The translations under genes were made by a program, and so were the position numbers. Below, piece after piece: positions 34,055 through 44,330 of a stretch of 64,000 nucleotides of DNA (within the stretch, counting starts at the first letter, position 1; the number at the start of each line of letters is the position of its first letter). This DNA is from Rebecca billardiae RCC1528 (taxonomy: Eukaryota > Protista > Haptophyta): positions 1,984,001-2,048,000 of the forward strand of contig OZ251234.1 of assembly GCA_965240325.2 (NCBI GenBank), given 5' to 3'. The notes below the pieces were generated by a model. The model did no database searches. It saw only the letters and a program-made list of their open reading frames with translations, and had not been told where the DNA came from.

Positions 34055-35060
34055 GGCCGCGCGCGCCGCGCCGCCTGCGCGGAGCGCCGCCGCGGCCGCG
34101 CACGCGTCGGCGGCCGCCACGCACGACTCGCGCTTCGGCCGGGCATGCACATTTGCGATCGAGGACACGGTGACCGCGGACAGCGACGTCGCGGGCTGCT
34201 CGGAGTACCTCGTCTACCGCGACACCCTCGACGCCCTCGCGCGCGAGCACGGCCTGGAGCCGCTCCCCGCCGAGTGCTGCCCGATGTCCGACCTTATCGG
34301 CCGCGTGAAGCAGCCGGCGCTGAGCGCGGCGCACGCCGCCGTCGCCTCTCTCTACTTTTGTTTCGCGTACCGCAAGCCGGGGTGGCGTGCGCAAGGTGAC
34401 GAGGCGCGGGGGCAGGCCGGGCCGACGCACGCGCAGCCATGGGCGCAGCACACGCCGCGCGGCCCTGCGGGCCGCGCGCACGGCGGCGGCGGGCGCGAGC
34501 GCGGGCACAGCCGCAACGACGGGCGGCGCGCGCCGCCCGCGCGCCACCACGACAGAAGCCACCACGGGAGAAGGGAGCGCGACCAGGGGGGCGGCGGGCA
34601 CCACGGCGGCTCCGAGTGGCACCGCGAGCCGCGCGCGCCGACCAGGCGGGGAGACGACCGCGCCTTTGACGGCGCGCATGGTGGCGCTGGCTACCGCGGG
34701 GCAGGCGATGTCTTCTCGAGGCTCGGCGCGCGCGCGCCGCATCCGGGCCCGCCACCGCGCGCGTGGCCATCGGAGCCGCCCGCGTGGGCACCGCCAGTGC
34801 AGCAGCACGCCACGGCACCGTACGACCGTTGGATAGAGGAGCAGCGGTGGCAGCAGCAGCAGCAGCAGCACGCGTGGGGTGGAGACTACCGCCGGCCTCC
34901 TCACGGCCTAGGGGCGGAGCACCACGACCACCACTACGGTCATTACGACCATCAGCAGAACGAGCACGACCAGTACCGCACTCATCAGCACGGCCATGAG
35001 TACGACTACCACTACGGCCACGATCAGGATGGCGGCAGGAGGCCGTCGCAGAGGCGATGA
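33117..35060 (+). CDS. RNMT: mRNA cap guanine-N7 methyltransferase with low-complexity C-terminal tail; intron 33273-33407
   Basis: HYD...PLIAYKK|FANAVKR, DLGCGRGGDIGKW, GVDLS, VSSMFALQY, EYLV, and LYFCFAYRK. Confidence 0.88.
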
Positions 35061-35501
35061 GCTCCACCATGGCGGTGGGGCGCCGGCTGGCACCGGTTCG
35101 GATGTGCACGGTCTGCCACCAGCGCGCCGCAGCGTGGCGCGCGCGTAACGCGTCGTACAGGCAGGGTGCGCGCGGAATGGATGCATCGAGAACGGCGGTG
35201 GCTGATTGGACTGACGTGGCTCCACTGGCGTAAGCTGAACGGTATCAATCAAATATCACCCGCTTACACAATTCTTCGAACATATCGTCTTGACTGTTTC
35301 GGTTCCGTCGCTACTGCGTGCCCCATATCTCCCCGCATTCTCGTGGACCTTATCATATATCTAGTTATCTCAAGCTTAAACGCTGCGATATGATAGTTAC
35401 TGCAGTACCCCCATATTCAATATGTGGATGTTCTCCCCGTGACATCTGCTGAGCGACCAGGACAGTGCTTAAGGCACCCACCCGGCACCCCGGCAGGTGG
35501 G

Positions 35502-37670
35502 ATGCCAGATGTGGACGTGGAGGCTGCCGGCGGCGGCGGCACTGCGCCGCCGGCAGTGGAGCGCCCGACGCGAGCCAAGCGCGTGACCGTGGAGGTCACG
35601 ACCATTGAGGAGGACGCCCTGCCGCTCATCGAGGCTGGCTCCGCCTTGGAGCCCACGACGCCCACGCGGCGCAACCGCGCCTCGGGCGCGTCTGGCGGGG
35701 GCGATCGCTCGAATCGCTCGAGCCGCGCGGGCCGGCTGCTCGAGCTGGCGGACATCATGAACTCGGAGGACTTCCGGATGCGCCGTCTGAGCCACGAGAG
35801 CAAGGGCAGCTCGCCGCCCACCTCGCCCGACCGCCGCTCCCCGCGGGGCAGCGACTTCTCCGCCCTCTCTGCACTCGCCGACGCGAGCGACTTCCACATC
35901 CGCTGGTCCGAGCTCGTCACGCGCCGGCAGCTGGGCGAGGGCGCGTACGCGGTGGTCGAGCTGTGCGAGCTGCCGCCCAAGCCCGAGCGGCCCACCCTCC
36001 TCGCGGTGAAGCGGCTGCGCAAGTACCGCCTAGTCGGCAGCGCGGGCGCGCGCGTGCGCATGGAAGACTTCGAGTCGGTGAGTTTCCGCTCGGAGGCGGC
36101 GCTGCTGCGCACGCTGGAGCACCCCAACCTGGTGCGCGGGTACGGCTGCCTGCAGTACGTCGACGAGGACGGCGACGAGGGCTGGGCCACGCTCCTCGAG
36201 TACGCCGCGGGCGGCACGCTCGTCGAGCGCGTGCGCGCGGGCGACTACGGCGCAGCCGACAGCCTGCGCTGGCTGCTCGAGGTCGCGCGCGGCATGGCGT
36301 ACCTGCACCGGGCGGAGGGGCTGGGCGTGGCGCACCGCGACCTGAAGACGGAGAACGTGCTGCTCTTCGACGGCGAGGAGCTCGGCGACAGTACCGCCTC
36401 GTCCGCGTCGACGCCGCGGCGCGGCGGCCTCGGCTCGCGAGGCGGCAGCGCGCGGCGCAGGCGGCCGCGCGTGGCGGCGGCGCCGGCCATCGCGCCTGGT
36501 GCCAAGGCGGCCGGCGGCAAGCGGGCCGGCGGCGCCGCGGGCCTGCGGCGGCGCAGCGCGCAGGCGCTGCGCGACTCGCTCGGCCCCCGCCCGCCGCCGC
36601 CCACCAAGTACGCCGCCCACGTCGCCAAGATCGCCGACCTGGGCATGTTTCGGATCGGAGGGCCGAAGCTGGAGCAGCAGGCGGCGGCGGCACAGGCGGC
36701 GGCGGCGCACGCGGCGGCGGCGCAGGCGCACGCGGTGGCGTTGGCGGTGGCGAGTGCGGGCGTGGGCGCTGCCCATGCCGCAGCTGCCGACGCGAGAGGA
36801 GCGGGCGGTGCGGACGACGGGCGCCCAAACGCGGACGCGGCTCCGCAGGACGCGGACGCCGTGACGCCGTTCAGAGCGCACAGGCGCTCCTCAGGCCGGG
36901 CGCGCGCCGAGTCTGCTGGCCGGCAGCCGCGCGGCTCGGACAGCGCTGCCGAGGCCGAGAGCGCGCGCGAGGGCGGCGGGCCGGCTAGCGGCAGCGGCGG
37001 CGGGGGCTCCGCCCCGCGGCCGGGCGCGTGGGCGGCGGGCGGCGCGGGCGGCGCGGGCGGCGCCGCCGCCGCGCCAAGCGCTGCAGATGACACAGCGGCG
37101 GCGGGCGCCGCCGGCAGCGTCGGCGCACCGCCTGCCCTCGGCGCCACCGCCGCCGACGCCGCGGCCGAGGACGACTCGCCCTCCGACCACTCCGCGTGGT
37201 CGATGACCGGCCGCGTCGGCTCCTCGCGGTACATGGCGCCCGAGAACTGGCTCGCGCTCCCCAACTACGACGGCAAGGTGGACGTGTTCTCATTTGGGGT
37301 CCTCGCGTATGAGGTGCTGGGCGCGCGGCGCGCATACGCGGAGTGGCGCGTGTCGCCCGAGACGATCGCGAGGCGCGTGGCGACGGAGGGGATCCGGCCG
37401 CACGTGCCGGCGCAGTGGCCGCCTGCGCTCGTCGAGCTGCTCAGCGCGTGCTGGGCCACCGAGCCGGAGCGCCGCCCGACGTTTGACGAAATCGTGCGCA
37501 CGCTCGAGGCGCTGGGCGTGCCGGACGATCCGCCCGCGCAGCTGCTCTGGGCGCTCGAGCGCGCGCGGCGCGCGCACAGGCAGGAGCGCGCGCGGGAGAA
37601 GCGGCGCGCACAGCTGCGCGCGATGACGCCGGGGCCCATCACGCGCAGTCAGATGTGCGCCATCAGCTGA
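35502..37670 (+). CDS. TKL-like protein kinase with long inserts and C-terminal CaaX
   Basis: LGEGAYAVV, AVKRL, EHPNLV, HRDLKTENVLL, KIADLG, YMAPE, DVFSFG, CW...RP; protein ends CAIS*. Confidence 0.9.
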   Translation: MPDVDVEAAGGGGTAPPAVERPTRAKRVTVEVTTIEEDALPLIEAGSALEPTTPTRRNRASGASGGGDRSNRSSRAGRLLELADIMNSEDFRMRRLSHESKGSSPPTSPDRRSPRGSDFSALSALADASDFHIRWSELVTRRQLGEGAYAVVELCELPPKPERPTLLAVKRLRKYRLVGSAGARVRMEDFESVSFRSEAALLRTLEHPNLVRGYGCLQYVDEDGDEGWATLLEYAAGGTLVERVRAGDYGAADSLRWLLEVARGMAYLHRAEGLGVAHRDLKTENVLLFDGEELGDSTASSASTPRRGGLGSRGGSARRRRPRVAAAPAIAPGAKAAGGKRAGGAAGLRRRSAQALRDSLGPRPPPPTKYAAHVAKIADLGMFRIGGPKLEQQAAAAQAAAAHAAAAQAHAVALAVASAGVGAAHAAAADARGAGGADDGRPNADAAPQDADAVTPFRAHRRSSGRARAESAGRQPRGSDSAAEAESAREGGGPASGSGGGGSAPRPGAWAAGGAGGAGGAAAAPSAADDTAAAGAAGSVGAPPALGATAADAAAEDDSPSDHSAWSMTGRVGSSRYMAPENWLALPNYDGKVDVFSFGVLAYEVLGARRAYAEWRVSPETIARRVATEGIRPHVPAQWPPALVELLSACWATEPERRPTFDEIVRTLEALGVPDDPPAQLLWALERARRAHRQERAREKRRAQLRAMTPGPITRSQMCAIS

Positions 37671-37869
37671 TGTCGACGGCGCGCGCCCAGCAGACGGGCA
37701 GCCGACGGGAGCCCCAGAGGCCGGAGCCGCGGGGGCGGCAGACGGGCAGTGCGCATGATTCAGAGCTGCACTGAGGATTTGATGAAGTTTATGACCGCCG
37801 CCAGGCCGCCACTGCCACTGGCCCGACTGGGGCCGTGCGCATTCGTTATCACGGTAGTGATGGCTGTAC

Positions 37870-37871
<2 letters not shown>

Positions 37872-37918
<47 letters not shown>
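37872..37918. repeat. (AT)n microsatellite
   Basis: Seen directly. Confidence 0.95.
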
Positions 37919-37922
<4 letters not shown>

Positions 37923-38259
37923 ATGACCGCGTTCCGCGGTCCTTTTCCGTAGAACCAACGCAGTTGGGGGCCCGCGGCGCAGTGGTTGAGAATCGGAGAC
38001 TGACGAGTCAGTCAGTCCGAGTCAGAAAGACAGTTCAGCCACTCTGAGAGGGAGAGTCAGACCCGAGACCGAGTCTCGGACTCGGCGCGAGTATGCGGGC
38101 GCGCACGGCCAAGGGTGGCATGGGACACCAGCGGACGGGCCGCGCGGGGAAGCGGGGCGGCGCGCTCGCACTCGCAGGGCGAGAGGCGCGGACGGGCCGC
38201 GCGGGGAAGCGGGGCGGCGGCGCGCGCAGGGCGAGAGGGCGAGAGGCGCCGCGCGGCGC

Positions 38260-38769
38260 CGGGCCGGCGCGTGCGCGCGTGCGGGCGCACCTGCTTCAGC
38301 TTGCAAGGTGCTCGCGCTGCGCCATGCGCTCGACGAAGGGCCGCTGGTCGCGAGCCGGCGCGTGCGCGCGAGCGGGCGCACCTGCTTGAGGTACTCGCCC
38401 TGCGCCATGCGCTCGACGACGGGCCGCTGGTCGCTCAGCCGGCACGCCTCGTGCCGGCAGAGCGAGAGCGCGCGCCACTGCAGACTGCTGGCCCGCCGGC
38501 CTGCCGGCTGCGCAGCCGCGCGTGCACGCACCGAGCGAGACCGACCGAACGGAGCTCGGGGCGGTGGAACGAGGCGAGCGGCGCGTCGCGCCTGCCGCCG
38601 CGCGTGCGCGCCTGCTCCACCGCGCCGCCGTGCTCGCCCGCCGCCTCCTCCGCCGCGTCGGCCTCGAAGACGGCGGCTGCCAGCGGCAGGCTGAGCTGCG
38701 CGCGGCTCACTCACACTGTCTGTGAGTCCTCACGCTGCTGCCGGACCTCCGCGCCGCCGTCGACCGAGT
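38260..38769 (-). pseudogene. Disrupted or truncated 3' exons, probably of the 38970-41677 gene
   Basis: Coding-like LSLPLAAAVFEADAAEEAAGEHGGAVEQ and SLQWRALSLCRHEACRLSDQRPVVERMAQGEYLKQ|GT. The exon end is duplicated in degenerate form (38260-38350), and a small insertion sits at 38711-38728. Confidence 0.4.
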
Positions 38770-38969
38770 NNNNNNNNNNNNNNNNNNNNNNNNNNNNNNN
38801 NNNNNNNNNNNNNNNNNNNNNNNNNNNNNNNNNNNNNNNNNNNNNNNNNNNNNNNNNNNNNNNNNNNNNNNNNNNNNNNNNNNNNNNNNNNNNNNNNNNN
38901 NNNNNNNNNNNNNNNNNNNNNNNNNNNNNNNNNNNNNNNNNNNNNNNNNNNNNNNNNNNNNNNNNNNNN
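38770..38969. other. Assembly gap (200 N)
   Basis: Run of N. Confidence 1.
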
Positions 38970-41677
38970 TGTGCAACCACGGCGGGGAGGCCGAACACCG
39001 CCTGTCCCGAGCGCCGCATCGAGGGCAACGCAAGCGCCCGGTGAACCCAGGGCGCGTCGCCGCCTGCGACGCCATCGTCGTCGGCCTCAGCGTCCGCTAA
39101 GGCGACTCGCACGTCCGCGTCGAGGACGTAGGGCAACGGGCCGTGCACACCGAAGTGCTCGCCTGCTGCGCGCAGGGCGAGCTCAGAGACAGAGCCGCCG
39201 ACGCTCGCGGCGGCGCCGGCGTAGAACTCGCGCACCGCATCGTCCACCTCGCTGCGCGTGTACAAGGCGCCCGAGGCGCACAGCTCGCGCACAGCCTCGG
39301 CATCCGTGAGCACGCCGAAGTGCTTGTTGTTCGTGGCATCGCACACCACGTTCACCACGCGGACCGTGCCGCCGCCGCCGCCGAGATGCCGTGACGCGAA
39401 CGCGCGGTTGAACCTGAGGATGGCCGGCACCAATCGGCCGTTGTTCGGTTGCGGCCCGTGCTTCGTCGTCCGCTCGTCCGCATCCGCCACCGCGCTTGGG
39501 CGCACCAGCACGTGCGCGTGCGCCTGCGCCTGCGCGGCGGGCGTGTCTCCGCCGAACCTCCGGCGTTTCCCGAAGATGCCGCTGAAGAAATGATCCACGT
39601 GCTGCAAGACATCGCTCATCGCGAACAGCTCGCGTGAGCCGCCGTCGCCGCTGCCGTAGACGCCGCCGCCGTCGTCCGCGTGGCCGCCACCGCCGGGTTG
39701 CGCGGCGGCGGGCGCCTGCTGTGGTGCATGGGAGTGCGACCCCGCTGCGCCAGCCGCCGCTCCACCCATCGACGCCGTCGCCGCCCGTGCCACCTCGCCC
39801 GAGGCAGCACCACCGGAGTCATCTGAGTTGACGCCCGCGGGGCCGTCGGCGGCCGCAGCCGGCGCCGGCGGCGCCGGCGCCGCCGCGGTGACGCCGGTGG
39901 CAGCCGCCCGCGCCTCGGCGGGTGCGCGTGGCGGCTCGGCGCGTTCGGCGCGCGTCGCGGGGCCGCCGGCGGCCGCAGGCGGCGGCGCCGGCGCCGCCGC
40001 GGTGACGCCGGTGGCACCCGCCAGCGTTTCGACGGGTGCGCGTGGCGGCTCGGCGCGTTCGTCGCTTGTCGCGGGGCCGCCGGCGGCCGAAGGCGGCGCC
40101 GCCGGCGCCGCCGTGACGCCGGCGACCGCCGTCGGCGCCGGCGGCGGCGCCGGCGCCAGCGTTGCGACGGGTGCGCGTGGCGGCTCGGCGCGTTCGTCGC
40201 TTGTCGCGGGGCCGCCGGCGGCCGAAGGCGGCGCCGCCGGCGCCGCCGTGACGCCGGCGACCGCCGTCGGCGCCGGCGGCGGCGCCGGCGCCAGCGTTGC
40301 GACGGGTGCGCGTGGCGGCTCGGCGCGTTCGTCGCTTGTCGCGGGGCCGCCGGCGGCCGCAGGCGGCGCCGCCGGCGCCGCCGTGACGCCTGCGACCGCC
40401 GTCGGCGCCGACGGCGGCGCCGGCGGCGCCGAGGTGACGCCGGGCAGCGCTTCGGCGGGTGGCGCAAGTGGCGGCTGGCGGCGCATGGCCCGCGTCCGCA
40501 CGCCGCCGCGCCCGTTGTGGTGAGCCGCCCCCTGCGCGCCGCGCTGCCCCGCAGCCTCCTGCTGGATGCCCTGGGCGGCGTAGCTGCCGCCGCCCACGCG
40601 CGTGCTGCCGTGGCGGGCCGGCCGGCCGTCGGCGCCCTGCTCGGCGCCCTGCTCGGCGCCCGGCTGGGCGCCCTGCTCGGCGCCCTGCTCGGCGCCCGGC
40701 TCGGTGCCCTGCTCGGCGGCCTGCTTGCCCTGCCCGGCGCCCGGCTGGGCGCCCTGCTCGGCGCCCTGCTCGGCGCCCTGCTCGGCGCCCGGCTCGGTGC
40801 CCTGCTCGGCGGCCTGCTTGCCCTGCCCGGCGCCCGGCTGGGCGCCCTGCTCGGCGCCCTGCTCGGCGCCCTGCTCGGCGCCCGGCTCGGTGCCCTGCTC
40901 GGCGGCCTGCTTGCCCTGCCCGGCGCCCGGCTGGGCGCCCTGCTCGGCGCCCTGCTCGGCGCCCTGCTCGGCGCCCGGCTCGGTGCCCTGCTCGGCGGCC
41001 TGCTTGCCCTGCCCGGCGCCCGGCTGGGCGCCCTGCTCGGCGCCCTGCTCGGCGCCCTGCTCGGCGGCCAGCTTGCCCTGCTCGGCGCCCGGCTGGACGC
41101 CCTGCTCGGCGCCCGGCTGGGCGCCCTGCTCGGCGCCCTGCTCGGCGCCCTGCTCGGCGCCCTGCTCGGCGCCCTGCCCCTGCTCGGCGCACTGCTCGCC
41201 GGCGGGCGGCGCACGCACGTGCGCCGCTTGCACCCTCTTCAACGAGCCTGCGCCCTCGACTGTTCCATCCGCGGACGCACCGACGGTGTCGCCAGGGACC
41301 GCAGCCCACGCATGAGCAGACACTCCCTCGGCAGCCCGGAGGACGTACGTCTGCACTCGCCCGTGTGCGCCGACCCCAAGCGCCACGACCACAGCACGGA
41401 CTGCCGGTGCACCCTGCTCGTACACCACGTCCACGGCAGCCCCGTTCGCGAAGCTCGTCGCAGTCGGAGTCGTCCCCGCAGGCGGCGGCGGCCTGCGCGC
41501 GGCACGCGGGCACGACGCCGCGCAACGACGCAGAACGCACGGCGTGACGACATGCGCGAGAGCACGCCGCGCGCGCGAACGAAGACACACGCGCGCGCGA
41601 TGCGCCGCGCGCGACCACGCGGCGCGCGCACGACGCCCGCGCGCGTGGCAGGCGTACCCCCTCGTCGTGCGAGGCAT
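38970..41677 (-). CDS. Large repeat-rich protein with a putative N-terminal Tudor/Agenet-like domain; 3' end lost in the gap; intron 41657-41493
   Basis: ATG at 41677 and a GTACGC...GCAG intron. FANGAAVDV...AVVVAL...TYVLR...[10 protein letters not shown] is followed by an (AEQG)n array, 45-aa repeats, then a non-repetitive region. Confidence 0.55.
39835..40450 (-). repeat. 135-bp coding tandem repeat (about 4.5 units)
   Basis: GTGCGCGTGGCGGCTCGGCGCGTTCG at 40036, 40171 and 40306 (period 135), with a variant at about 39922. Confidence 0.9.
40628..41190 (-). repeat. 12-bp coding minisatellite with higher-order 96-bp structure ([12 protein letters not shown])
   Basis: GCCCTGCTCGGC units; a 32-aa block ([27 protein letters not shown] type) repeats about four times. 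Confidence 0.9.
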
Positions 41678-42417
41678 CGATCGTCCCTCGTGGAGAGCTC
41701 GGGAGCAAAAGTTGCGGCGCGCCCCCCGGCGTCGCATTTCTCTAACTAATTGACGAGCAACGTGCTTCCGGCGGCGGTCCGGGCGGGAGGAGTCGACGGC
41801 GTCGTTTCGTCGCGGGTGGGCGTCAGGCTGCGCGCAATACGAAAGTACCCACCCCCGCTCATTAGGGTACTCCGCCCGAATACAAGGCGGGCGTTCGCGC
41901 CGGTTCGCCGCGAGCGGTATCTTCCGCGTTGCGGGCGAGCGGCGCCATTTGCTCGCTCCCGAAGCTTCTGGCCGTCGGAAAACTGGCGGGGGTGCCAGTC
42001 CGGAAATCGCCGTGCTGAGATGCGGAGGTTTGTCGGAGTTCTGGTTGCTCGGTCGGTCCTCGTCGGACTTCCGGGTTTTTCCCAAAAAGTTATCCGGCCA
42101 TACGCTGGACGTCTCGTCAATAATCGTATCTCGCCGCCGCCGGAGTGCTGGAGCTGTGTGCGTCCCCACAAACCGTCTATACAGTTTACTAATTAAGAAT
42201 ATGAGACGCACACACTCAGTGAGTGACACAGCTCAGGCAGTAGTCATCTATGATAGTATCTAGATTATCTCATCATCATCACAGCTTCGCCCTTTTGAGT
42301 TTTGATTGGACGACCTCTCGATCTCAGGCGTTTCCGGCTCGTACCCGCCGACTCCGGTTTTGCGTCAGCCGCGACCTGGCACGGCATCCCTCCCGCACCA
42401 ACTCCCCCCGCTACGCC

Positions 42418-43701
42418 ATGACGGCAACGCCTCGGCGCGCGCTCCAGGCAGTCGTCTTCCTCCTGTCGATGGGTGGAGCGTCCGCCGTCACGTGCTGCCC
42501 GTCCCCAAACCAAGGCATCTGCGGCTGCGCTCCGTCGTGCTGCCCGGGGGTCGATCCGTCTCCGTCTCCACCGCCATTCCCTCCACCGCCGCCGTCGCCA
42601 TCGCCGCCACCGCAGTCACCGGCGCCGCCGCCTTCGCCGCCTCCACCGGAAGGTTCGCCGCCGCCATCGCCATCGCCGTCGCCGTCGCCGTCGCCATCGC
42701 CGTCGCCGTCGCCATCGCCATCGCCGTCGCCATCGCCGGCGCCAACGTGCATCGGGGAGATGGAGCGCGGCTGCACACGAAACGGCCATTGCTGCGGCGA
42801 CTTGGTTTGCAGCAACAGGATCACCAACGATGAAACAGGGGAGACGTATCGCCAATGCATTGAGCCCGGGCCCTGCTTCCCAGCGGACGCGACCGTGACC
42901 ACGCCTGCTGGGCCGAAGCGCATGGACGAGCTTGCCGCCGGCGACCAAGTCCTGGTAGACGGCAGCGGGACGTTCTCTGCCGTGTGGGCCGTCGCGCACA
43001 ACGACATGCGCGCGGATGTGCTGCACGAGATGGTGCGCGTCGAGCTCTCGTCCGGCCACGTCCTCGAGCTTTCGGAAGACCACTACGCACTCGCCGACGG
43101 TGCGTACGTCGCGGGGCGCGACCTCCGCGCAGGGATGCGGATGCACGTCCCGGGCACGGCGAAGGCCGGCGTGGAGGAGGAGGAGGCGTGCGCGGACGCG
43201 CTCGTGACGGCGACGAGCGCCGTCTTCAAGGCTGGCCTGTACGCGCCGATCACCCTCCACGGAGACATCGTAGTCAACGGCGTCGTCGCCTCATCGTACA
43301 CGGGGCTGCTGGCTCGCGCGTTGCCGCCCGCGCTCCGCTCGGGCACGTTCGTGAACGGGCTCACCCACCTCATCGCCACCCCGCTGCGCGCGCTGTACGC
43401 GGTCGACCCGGCGTTCCTCGAGCGCGTGATGGCGACGGTGGAGCGCACGGAGTCGGGCGGCTTCAACCCGTACGCGCTCTTTGGCCCGGGCACGCTCCTG
43501 TCGCTCAAGAAGGCGGTGGACGCGACCACCTTTGCCGCGCTGCCGCCGTCGTGCGCGCCGTGCCGCGTGGTCGCGCTCGGCCTCGCGCACGTCTGGCTCG
43601 CGAGCGCCGGCGCCGCGGCCGTGTCTGGCGCGGCCATGTCCACCATGGGCGCGCTCGGGTCCGACGCAGTGCACGCGGTGCTGGGCGCGGCGTCCGGCTA
43701 G
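42418..43701 (+). CDS. Secreted Cys-knot/Pro-Ser-rich protein with Hedgehog-type Hint (Hog) domain, 427 aa
   Basis: Signal peptide; GP-CFPADATV (Hint Cys1), KRMDELAAGDQVL, LELSEDH, GLYAPITLHGDIVVNGVVASSY, then an SRR-like HLIATPLRALY. Confidence 0.9.
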   Translation: MTATPRRALQAVVFLLSMGGASAVTCCPSPNQGICGCAPSCCPGVDPSPSPPPFPPPPPSPSPPPQSPAPPPSPPPPEGSPPPSPSPSPSPSPSPSPSPSPSPSPSPAPTCIGEMERGCTRNGHCCGDLVCSNRITNDETGETYRQCIEPGPCFPADATVTTPAGPKRMDELAAGDQVLVDGSGTFSAVWAVAHNDMRADVLHEMVRVELSSGHVLELSEDHYALADGAYVAGRDLRAGMRMHVPGTAKAGVEEEEACADALVTATSAVFKAGLYAPITLHGDIVVNGVVASSYTGLLARALPPALRSGTFVNGLTHLIATPLRALYAVDPAFLERVMATVERTESGGFNPYALFGPGTLLSLKKAVDATTFAALPPSCAPCRVVALGLAHVWLASAGAAAVSGAAMSTMGALGSDAVHAVLGAASG

Positions 43702-44330
43702 GCCGTGCAGTGCGGGTGCATGCTGCGCCCTCCTGATGCATGCAACGCCCACCGACTGACCGAGCTGCCACAGGCGCTGACGCCGTCGGCGTGCGGCTGA
43801 GCAGAGTGGCAGCCGCCCGCTGCCTGATGACGGCACGACTCGCCACTCGGCCAGGGCCCAGACAGAGACTGAGAGAGGCGGCGCCAAGCTGTTACCCGTA
43901 CCGCCGCCCCGCGGCGTCAACACGTGCGATGCAGCAGCCGTGCCTCAATCCTCATCACAGTGACTCAGGCGCCCGCCGACATGTAACGCGCGACACGGAG
44001 ACGCGACCCGGCCCATCTGAGTCTTAATAGTAGTATAGTAGTGTGATCAGTTCGTTGGCTGACAATCACGATGCATTAATACGGCGGAGTACCGAGTAGG
44101 GAGCAAAACGCAGTGATCGCACGGATGCAGCTCGACGTGACTCTCTTGTCTCGACATTTATATATATTATAATTAATGACAGCCGTCCGTGGTCGAGCCA
44201 AGCCGGCGGCGGAGGGTCACCGGCCGGCTGCAAAAAGTCAAAAACCCACCAGGAGGCAGGAGCGAAAAAACCGTGGTGTGGTGGGCGCGAGGATCCTCGG
44301 CGCGTCGTGCGTGGCGTCGCCCACCCGTGG

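Noticed and set aside
38711-42229. 1172-aa ORF as a single protein
   Set aside because: It reads through a 200-N gap of arbitrary frame, an in-frame intron and upstream non-coding sequence.
42874-43299. True intein
   Set aside because: Lacks the C-terminal His-Asn + Cys/Ser/Thr splice junction and an endonuclease domain; it matches the Hedgehog-type Hint ending.
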